A DNA stretch of 30,755 nucleotides from a virus: positions 1 through 30,755 of the IMG/VR virus record IMGVR_UViG_3300031998_000511; one strand, 5' to 3'. The notes under the pieces were generated by a model, which was not told the DNA's origin, did not search any database, and saw only the letters and a list, made by a program, of their open reading frames with translations. Made by a program: the position numbers and the translations under genes. This document shows positions 24,292 through 30,250 of this stretch, piece by piece; the first letter of the stretch is position 1; every line of letters starts with the position of its first letter.

Positions 24292-24329
24292 GGGCGGCGT
24301 TGAGATAGTCCAGCATTTCGGCGCCGCCC
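24292..24329 (+). promoter_or_regulatory. GC-rich hairpin in the early-operon leader, with a GTCCAGC site in its loop
   Basis: GGGCGGCG (24292..24299) pairs with CGCCGCCC (24322..24329) around a 22-nt loop, followed by ttcccttttc. Confidence 0.3.
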
Positions 24330-24357
24330 TTCCCTTTTCAAAAAACAAGGCTGGACA

Positions 24358-24963
24358 ATGTTTTTTCACTTTGATTTCTACCCCGCCGACCTTATGGCGG
24401 TTATAGCTGGACGCACAGCGGAGGACGCTGGCGAGATTGTCCAGCAATGGCTTATTGGCCTAATATCCAATTCAACAGATGGCGTAAAGGATCGCAAGGC
24501 GCGCGAAAGCGTGGAAAAAATGCTTGACAATTGCCGCCGCCGTTCCGATATATACAGGGCCAACGGGTTGAAGCGCAATAAAGGCCCCGTAAAGCCCGAA
24601 AATCCCGAACCCAAGGAAACACCCGAACCGCAGAAGAAAGCGGCCCCGAAGCCGCCCAAATCGCCGCTATTCGGCTTTGCGCTGGTAAACGTTACCGAAA
24701 AGGAAAAGGCCGACTTGGAAAAGCGTTTTGGCGCCAAGCTACAGCGTATGGCCGATATATTGCAGAACTACAAGGAAAGCACAGGCAAGAAATACAAGAG
24801 CGATGCGGCGGCGTTGCGCGGCTGGGTTGCCGACAAGGTGGCCGAACAGGAACGCCGACAGGGTGCAAAGGGTTTCAAGGAACAGGAACGCGCGCGCGAT
24901 GCACAGAACGCCGCCGAAATGCTGACAGACGAACAGAAACGTTATTACGGGCTGGACAATTAA
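24358..24963 (+). CDS. Replisome-organiser / replication-initiation-like protein (DUF1376-like N-terminus)
   Basis: The N-terminus is MFFHFDFYPADLMAVIAGRTAEDAGEIVQQW. The C-terminal VTEKEKADLEKRFGAKLQRMADILQNYKESTGKKYKSDAAALRGWV resembles the remembered phage replisome-organiser tail (LT.eE...L...fG...i..L..Y....GkkYkSd.a.i..W). Confidence 0.45.
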   Translation: MFFHFDFYPADLMAVIAGRTAEDAGEIVQQWLIGLISNSTDGVKDRKARESVEKMLDNCRRRSDIYRANGLKRNKGPVKPENPEPKETPEPQKKAAPKPPKSPLFGFALVNVTEKEKADLEKRFGAKLQRMADILQNYKESTGKKYKSDAAALRGWVADKVAEQERRQGAKGFKEQERARDAQNAAEMLTDEQKRYYGLDN

Positions 24964-24964
24964 G

Positions 24965-25459
24965 ATGGAACAGGAACAGGTAACGAAGATGGCGGCGCAG
25001 ATCCGCCGCGAAGTAATCTATTATTTGCTCAAAAACGAATTCTTGGCGAACCGCCAGAGCATACCCGAAAAGGAAACATTGGCGTATGAAATTGAGCGCA
25101 TAAGCGCCATACCTTGCCAGACGAAGCTGTTGAAGCGGCTTTTTGAAGAAGCGAGGGAATACCGAGAAGAACGCGGCTTTTACCCAAGCGCAGTAACGAT
25201 TGCGGATTTGGAAGCGGCTTGGAAGTACAAGCCCGTTGGCTACGTTTGCAACCAAAATGTAAAATTCGGTTTCCTTCCTTGGAAAAAGGACAAGGAATTG
25301 CGGGCGCTTCCATCCGTTAAAGCGTTGCTTGAAGGCTACAGGGTTCTTTTGAGGAAAGGCGAGAAAATACCATTGCCAGCGCCCGAAGGCGAAAGCGAAG
25401 CGAAGAAGATAGCGGGAATTGTGGCGAACCATCTAACGCAAGGGGCTAAAAATGCTTGA
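24965..25459 (+). CDS. Hypothetical early protein
   Basis: 164-aa ORF whose start is preceded by GGCTGGACAATTAAG. Confidence 0.5.
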   Translation: MEQEQVTKMAAQIRREVIYYLLKNEFLANRQSIPEKETLAYEIERISAIPCQTKLLKRLFEEAREYREERGFYPSAVTIADLEAAWKYKPVGYVCNQNVKFGFLPWKKDKELRALPSVKALLEGYRVLLRKGEKIPLPAPEGESEAKKIAGIVANHLTQGAKNA

Positions 25460-25907
25460 AAATACGGACACTATTAGCTTTTTGCCGAATATAGACGATC
25501 TTGAATACGAAGGGCGCCTTGTCGCTACGGATTGGGCGCCAGCTAACCTTGACGAAAACGGAATGTTTCGCGGTGCTGTAAGACACTACGAAGCGGGTAG
25601 CTATCTAAAAACGTACCTTGAAATGAAGATTTGCAGATACGGGCTTTTTGTCCGCTATCAATTTTCTTACGGCCATAAGACCTACGGAACGGCGCGCCCG
25701 TTTGCGGTTGATTGTAGCGGTTCTTGTCACAGGGGCAACGCGCCCGAATTTATCGCGGACGGGATTAGAAACGAACTTTGGTACAGGCTTGTAGACGATG
25801 GCAACTTGGACAACGAAGGCCGCAAGGCGATAATAAAGCTTTATGACAGCAAGATAAAGGAACAGGTAACAAGGGATTTGCGAGGGCCGGACAATGGGAA
25901 AATTTGA
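25452..25907 (+). CDS. Hypothetical early protein
   Basis: 151-aa ORF with AAGGGG upstream. No family is recognised. Confidence 0.5.
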   Translation: MLENTDTISFLPNIDDLEYEGRLVATDWAPANLDENGMFRGAVRHYEAGSYLKTYLEMKICRYGLFVRYQFSYGHKTYGTARPFAVDCSGSCHRGNAPEFIADGIRNELWYRLVDDGNLDNEGRKAIIKLYDSKIKEQVTRDLRGPDNGKI

Positions 25908-26502
25908 AGATGATTTGAAGCGCGTTAGGCTTGAAGAAAAGGCAAAGCCCTTTGATTGGTTTAGCTTTCTTGAAAATGACGCAAACAAAGCTATAAGAAA
26001 GTTTATACAGGCAAACAAACGAAAAATCGTTATCAATTGGAACGCGAGAACCTACAGGGAATTTAGGCGCATTTTTGATTTTGTCAATGAGCTTGTAACA
26101 ATTCCAGATCCGCAAACAACTTTCTATTGCGTTGCGCCGAAGTTCAAAGTAAAGGAATTTAAGGTATATAAGCGGCGTTTCGGTTTCGGCCATTGCAAGT
26201 TCTATATAAATCTTGAATGGCCTTTCGTGATTTACTACAGGCGCGTTGTAGATGTGCTGGCGGACAACGAAATAAAGTCAAGCGAATTTGCGAAGATGGA
26301 AGGCGCCAAGCATAACGAAATATACTGCAAGGAATATCCTTTTGAAAAGGAATTTTCTTTTGAGTTTGCCCAATGCGGAAAGAACGCCAAATGGATATTT
26401 AACGAAATCTATTTAAGGTTTTTGAACGCGAGATTTTACGCGATTAGCCAGCAGATGAATAACCCGCCGAAAAGTGTAGAAGAATTTACAGAGCAGAATT
26501 AG
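25894..26502 (+). CDS. Hypothetical early protein
   Basis: 202-aa ORF whose start is embedded in GGCCGGACAATG. Confidence 0.5.
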   Translation: MGKFEDDLKRVRLEEKAKPFDWFSFLENDANKAIRKFIQANKRKIVINWNARTYREFRRIFDFVNELVTIPDPQTTFYCVAPKFKVKEFKVYKRRFGFGHCKFYINLEWPFVIYYRRVVDVLADNEIKSSEFAKMEGAKHNEIYCKEYPFEKEFSFEFAQCGKNAKWIFNEIYLRFLNARFYAISQQMNNPPKSVEEFTEQN

Positions 26503-26553
26503 CGAATTTGAGCGAAAAACAGCAATTTCAAGAAAAATTATTGTATATTATGA
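26500..26553 (+). repeat. Direct repeat, left copy, bracketing the methyltransferase cassette. It includes a TATATT -10-like block.
   Basis: TAGCGAATTTGAGCGAAAAACAGCAATTTCAAGAAAAATTA plus TTGTATATTATGA. It begins at the TAG stop of the upstream gene. TATATT is at 26544..26549. Confidence 0.9.
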
Positions 26554-26604
26554 ATAACGGCGGCGATGTTGCCGCGTAATGCCCCGAAGGGCAAAGGCTG
26601 GACA

Positions 26605-27333
26605 ATGCAGATTAACGGAAAAGTACATTGCTTCTTTGAGCAAAGCGGCACTTTCAAGAACGAATTTATCAAGTTGGGCATCCCTGCCGAAGATTACGAC
26701 ATACAAAATAATTTCGGGCAGACCGACCACGTTGTAGACCTTTTTGAAAACATACAAAATGCTTACGAGGGGGGGGCAAGCGTGTTTGACAACATAACAA
26801 AAGAAGATTTGATTGTTGCGTTTTTCCCTTGTATTTATTTTTGTTGTATGTCGCAAATGGCTTTTACGCTTGGTTATACGAATTATAGAAAAATGACTGA
26901 TGCGGAAAAAATACAAGCAATAATTAAACGTGAAGAAAATCGTACTATCTTTTATAAGATTATGTTAAAGCTTATTGGAGTTTGCTATAAAAGAGGGTTA
27001 AGGCTTGTAATTGAAAACCCTTGGAGCGAACAAACTTATTTAAAAGCAAATGCGCCAAAAGCGCCTGATATTGTAGATATTGACAGAACCAGGCGCGGAG
27101 ATTGTATGGTAAAACCAACCGCATATTGGTTTTATAATTGCTCACCAACAAACGGCTTTACCAACCAACAATACAGGGGGAAGCCGAAAACAATTTTAGA
27201 CACAAAGGGAAGTTCTGTTGCTGGTGTATGTTCCGAAGATCGTAGTATGATTTTGCCCGATTACGCTAGAAATTGGATTTGTGATTTTGTTTTAGGGAAA
27301 AAACAAAATATTGGTCAACTTTCACTTTTTTAG
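26605..27333 (+). CDS. Divergent DNA (cytosine-5) methyltransferase-like protein
   Basis: I prefer ATG 26605, which is embedded in AAAGGCTGGACAATG. The motif order is FFEQSGTF (motif I-like), FFPCIYF (Pro-Cys, motif IV-like), VIENPWS (ENV-like) and DRTRRGD (motif VIII-like). It is short (242 aa) and degenerate. Confidence 0.45.
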   Translation: MQINGKVHCFFEQSGTFKNEFIKLGIPAEDYDIQNNFGQTDHVVDLFENIQNAYEGGASVFDNITKEDLIVAFFPCIYFCCMSQMAFTLGYTNYRKMTDAEKIQAIIKREENRTIFYKIMLKLIGVCYKRGLRLVIENPWSEQTYLKANAPKAPDIVDIDRTRRGDCMVKPTAYWFYNCSPTNGFTNQQYRGKPKTILDTKGSSVAGVCSEDRSMILPDYARNWICDFVLGKKQNIGQLSLF

Positions 27334-27423
27334 CGAATTTGAGCGAAAAACGGCAATTTCAAGAAAAATTAAAATTTTTGTTAAAAAGTATTGCTTTTAA
27401 CAAAAAATTATTGTATATTATGA
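27331..27423 (+). repeat. Direct repeat, right copy, carrying a 39-bp insertion with an inverted repeat and the promoter TTGCTT-17-TATATT
   Basis: 27331..27371 matches 26500..26540 with one A/G difference, and 27411..27423 matches 26541..26553. The insert has the inverted repeat TTGTTAAAAAG/CTTTTAACAA (27378..27403) overlapping -35 TTGCTT (27391..27396). The -10 TATATT is at 27414..27419. Confidence 0.9.
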
Positions 27424-27464
27424 TTGTCGGGCAATGGGGCTTGACATAACAAAGGCTGGACGCT

Positions 27465-27803
27465 ATGAAAAAACAAAACAAAACCTATCTTTCTTTGGCA
27501 GAACAGGGCATTTCCAAAGCTTGGGATAAAATAGTTATCTTCAATGAAAGAAGAATTGAAAAAATGCAAATGGTGGTTTACTACCAAAACAAGCCGTTCT
27601 ACTATTGGCCAGTAAAAGACGCTTTTGATGTTGACGACTTGAGATTCAGGCTTGAAGTTATGATTGATCTTTACAATAGGTCAACGTTAAACCTGCGCAA
27701 GATAAAAAAGGCTATTACCCGCTATTTTGTTTCGGGTGACGCTGGCGAAAGGGTAATTACCTACAGGCGCGGCGGCGTTTTCTTCCCTTCTACGGGGGTG
27801 TAA
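27465..27803 (+). CDS. Hypothetical early protein
   Basis: 112-aa ORF whose start is preceded by AAAGGCTGGACGCT. Confidence 0.5.
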   Translation: MKKQNKTYLSLAEQGISKAWDKIVIFNERRIEKMQMVVYYQNKPFYYWPVKDAFDVDDLRFRLEVMIDLYNRSTLNLRKIKKAITRYFVSGDAGERVITYRRGGVFFPSTGV

Positions 27804-27804
27804 T

Positions 27805-28896
27805 ATGAAATACAAATTTACAGAAGAAACAAAAGTTTATTTTGGCCGAACTTTTCATAGAATTGTATGCGTTACGGCTTTCGCAAACGTGGCCGCTGGA
27901 GAACTTGGCGGCTGGATTGAAAAAGAACAAAATTTAGATCAATGCGGCAATGCGTGGGTCTACGGCAATGCGGAGGTCTGCGGCAATGCGAAGGTCTACG
28001 GCGATGCGAAGGTCTACGGCAATGCGGAGGTCTACGGCGATGCGAAGGTCTACGGCGATGCGAAGGTCTGCGGCGATGCGGAGGTCTGCGGCAATGCGGA
28101 GGTCTACGGCGATGCGAAGGTCTGCGGCAATGCGGAGGTCTGCGGCAATGCGAAGGTCTACGGCGATGCGGAGGTCTGCGGCAATGCGAAGGTCTACGGC
28201 AATGCGAAGGTCTACGGCGATGCGGAGGTCTGCGGCAATGCGTGGGTCTACGGCAATGCGAAGGTCTACGGCGATGCGGAGGTCTACGGCAATGCGTGGG
28301 TCTACGGCAATGCGAAGGTCTGCGGCAATGCGGAGGTCTGCGGCGATGCGGAGGTCTACGGCGATGCGGAGGTCTGCGGCGATGCGGAGGTCTACGGCAA
28401 TGCGAAGGTCTGCGGCAATGCGAAGGTCTACGGCGATGCGGAGGTCTGCGGCAATGCGAAGGTCTACGGCAATGCGAAGGTCTACGGCGATGCGGAGGTC
28501 TGCGGCAATGCGGAGGTCTACTGCAATGCGAAGGTCTGCGGCAATGCGAAGGTCTACGGCGATGCGGAGGTCTGCGGCAATGCGAAGGTCTACGGCAATG
28601 CGAAGGTCTACGGCGATGCGGAGGTCTGCGGCAATGCGGAGGTCTACGGCAATGCGAAGGTCTACGGCGATGCGGATTATATCGTATTGAAAAATAATTG
28701 GAGTTCTGGCCGATATTTTACCTATACGCTATCTAACAAGATGTGGAAAGTTGGTTGCTTCTTCGGAACAGGCGAAGAATTGATAAAAAAAGCGTATGCA
28801 GATAGCGAAATTTCGGGCAGATGTTACGAAGCTTCCGTCAAGTATGTTGAAGAACTGATTAGAATAAAGGAAGGTTTAAAATGCATAACGGAATAA
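27805..28896 (+). CDS. Hexapeptide-repeat (predicted beta-helix) protein with short unique N- and C-terminal domains
   Basis: 363 aa. The N-terminus (...FHRIVCVTAFANVAAGELGGWIEKEQNLDQ) is followed by 40 units of G-[ND]-A-[KEW]-V-[YC] and then a roughly 70-aa C-terminal domain. GGGGG lies upstream of the ATG. Confidence 0.8.
   Translation: MKYKFTEETKVYFGRTFHRIVCVTAFANVAAGELGGWIEKEQNLDQCGNAWVYGNAEVCGNAKVYGDAKVYGNAEVYGDAKVYGDAKVCGDAEVCGNAEVYGDAKVCGNAEVCGNAKVYGDAEVCGNAKVYGNAKVYGDAEVCGNAWVYGNAKVYGDAEVYGNAWVYGNAKVCGNAEVCGDAEVYGDAEVCGDAEVYGNAKVCGNAKVYGDAEVCGNAKVYGNAKVYGDAEVCGNAEVYCNAKVCGNAKVYGDAEVCGNAKVYGNAKVYGDAEVCGNAEVYGNAKVYGDADYIVLKNNWSSGRYFTYTLSNKMWKVGCFFGTGEELIKKAYADSEISGRCYEASVKYVEELIRIKEGLKCITE
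27946..28677 (+). repeat. 18-bp tandem repeat, about 40.7 units (GGC RAT GCG RRG GTC TRC)
   Basis: Read unit by unit. Variation is confined to four positions plus three TGG codons and one TGC for GGC. 28396..28521 and 28522..28647 form a 126-bp tandem duplication that differs at one base. Confidence 0.95.
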
Positions 28897-28970
28897 ACGT
28901 TTTCGCTGGCTTGGCTTGTGTTTTCCTGTACGGCGCTTTGCTTTGGCTTTGCGCCTTGATTGAGGGGTAA
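28881..28970 (+). CDS. Possible 29-aa hydrophobic peptide
   Basis: ATG 28881 follows AAGGAAGG, and the translation is MHNGINVFAGLACVFLYGALLWLCALIEG. It fills the gap to 28974 and is below the track cutoff. Confidence 0.3.
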   Translation: MHNGINVFAGLACVFLYGALLWLCALIEG

Positions 28971-28973
28971 AAT

Positions 28974-29342
28974 ATGGAACTAAAAGTATATCATTGCAAC
29001 GAATGGCACAACGAACATACAGAATTTTACCTAAAGAACGAAGCAGACAAGTTGATTGAAAGAAAAGACAAGGCTTTTGAATATGCACAAGCCGTTATTT
29101 TGGTTGATATTGGAATTATCAAGAAGCAGAAAAGAAAGCGTTGCTTGGCTATGGCTGAATGGTGCGAATCTACGGCGCTGTGGTGTTATCAAGCGGCTAA
29201 CACACTACCCATAGGTTTTCACGCAACATTATACGGAAAGCCTGTAATGATAGAGCCAGACCGCTTATTCAAGCGGTTTGTGCTTCTAAAAAATTGGAGC
29301 AAGCGTTGGCGTAAACTTGCCGAGAAATTTAAAAAGGGGTAA
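28974..29342 (+). CDS. Hypothetical early protein
   Basis: 122-aa ORF with GAGGGG upstream. Confidence 0.5.
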   Translation: MELKVYHCNEWHNEHTEFYLKNEADKLIERKDKAFEYAQAVILVDIGIIKKQKRKRCLAMAEWCESTALWCYQAANTLPIGFHATLYGKPVMIEPDRLFKRFVLLKNWSKRWRKLAEKFKKG

Positions 29343-29345
29343 ACT

Positions 29346-29534
29346 ATGGAAAGTACAATTGAAATTAGGCACAATGGCGCCTGTGTCAAGATCACTTGCA
29401 AGAATGGCCGTTGCTATTACAACACCAGCGGCCAGCCTTCAAAGGAACTTGTCAAGGTTATTCAATACTTGGAACAGGTACGCGCGCCGATGGCTACCGC
29501 TTCCAAAATGGTTATTTCCGAAATGTTAAAATAA
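29346..29534 (+). CDS. Hypothetical small protein
   Basis: 62-aa ORF with AAGGGG upstream. Confidence 0.45.
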   Translation: MESTIEIRHNGACVKITCKNGRCYYNTSGQPSKELVKVIQYLEQVRAPMATASKMVISEMLK

Positions 29535-29540
29535 TTTTTC

Positions 29541-29569
29541 TTGCATTATCCAAAATGTTAAAGTATATT
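29541..29569 (+). promoter_or_regulatory. Sigma70-type promoter candidate (TTGCAT-17-TATATT) for the recombination operon
   Basis: TTGCAT at 29541..29546, a 17-nt spacer, then TATATT at 29564..29569, 38 nt upstream of the erf ATG. Confidence 0.6.
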
Positions 29570-29607
29570 TCACTTAACAACGCCCAAAAGGGCAAAGGCT
29601 GGACAAT

Positions 29608-30222
29608 ATGAATATCTACGAAAAACTTAACGCGGCCCGTTTGCAGATTGCAGAAAAGGGCCTTTCCAAGACAGGCAACAACACTTTCGCGGGGTTCAAG
29701 TATTTTGAGCTTTCCGAAATCTTGCCCGTTGTCAACAAGGTCAACAACGAATTGAATCTGTTTAGCGCGTTTTCTTTCTTGCGCGATACGGCAACGCTGG
29801 AGATCGTGAACGCGGAGAAGCCTGAAGAAAAGGTTACGTTCTCGTTTGCTTACTCCCCCGATGGCGCGAAGCTTAAGGCTTGCCACCAGATACAGAACGA
29901 AGGCGCCGTACAGACCTACATAAAGCGCTATCTTTACCAGAACGCCTACGAAATCGCCGAAGCAGACCAGCTTGACGCGTCCGTTGGACGCGATGAACCG
30001 AAGCCGACCAGCAAGCCCACAAAGCCCGCGAAGGCTAGCGAAGCGCCGAAGGTTTCCAAGAAATCGTTTGCGGAAACTATCGCCGAAGTTGCGAAAGACC
30101 ACCAAGAAGAACTTTACGAAGCCTTGGGCAAGAACGGCTACGAAAGCGTTGACGAAATTATTGAAAGACAGGCGCAAGTTGCCTTCTATTCCGACCTTAT
30201 GAACATTATTCACAGCAAGTAA
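29608..30222 (+). CDS. erf: ERF-family single-strand annealing protein (recombinase)
   Basis: NIYEKLNAARLQI...KTGNNTFAGFKYFELSEILPVVNKV... and GAVQTYIKRYLYQNAYEI match the remembered ERF landmarks (ykY..l.dil..v and G...TY.rRY.l). It is followed by a low-complexity Pro/Lys tail and sits in an operon with ssb. Confidence 0.7.
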   Translation: MNIYEKLNAARLQIAEKGLSKTGNNTFAGFKYFELSEILPVVNKVNNELNLFSAFSFLRDTATLEIVNAEKPEEKVTFSFAYSPDGAKLKACHQIQNEGAVQTYIKRYLYQNAYEIAEADQLDASVGRDEPKPTSKPTKPAKASEAPKVSKKSFAETIAEVAKDHQEELYEALGKNGYESVDEIIERQAQVAFYSDLMNIIHSK

Positions 30223-30250
30223 ACAAACATAACTACAAAGGGGGCCAAAT

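Noticed and set aside
24292-24340. The GC hairpin plus T-rich tail as the terminator of the fibre gene 21632..24088
   Set aside because: It lies 200 bp past the stop and downstream of the predicted early promoter (24210..24237). Its loop is 22 nt and the T-tract is interrupted. I keep it as a possible leader or attenuator structure only.
27946-28677. The A/G-only variation among repeat units (AAT/GAT, AAG/GAG, TAC/TGC) looked like adenine-directed mutagenesis by a diversity-generating retroelement
   Set aside because: There is no reverse transcriptase, template repeat or accessory gene anywhere on the complete circle. DGRs turn A into any base, not only G. The variation is between tandem units of one gene, which fits unequal crossing-over and gene conversion between two or three ancestral unit types better.
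2478-28677. Short tandem repeats (28-bp at 2478..2541, 18-bp at 27946..28677) considered as CRISPR arrays
   Set aside because: The repeats are contiguous with no unique spacers. One is plainly protein-coding and the other has only 2.3 copies. No cas genes are present.
27942-28697. Two additional long + strand ORFs (27942..28697, 251 aa, and 27950..28690, 246 aa) overlapping the hexapeptide gene
   Set aside because: They exist only because the 18-bp repeat unit has no stop codon in any forward frame. They translate to monotonous MRRS/GLRQC strings and lack SD sequences and unique flanking domains. The frame encoding G-[ND]-A-x-V-[YC] has proper N- and C-terminal domains and an SD.
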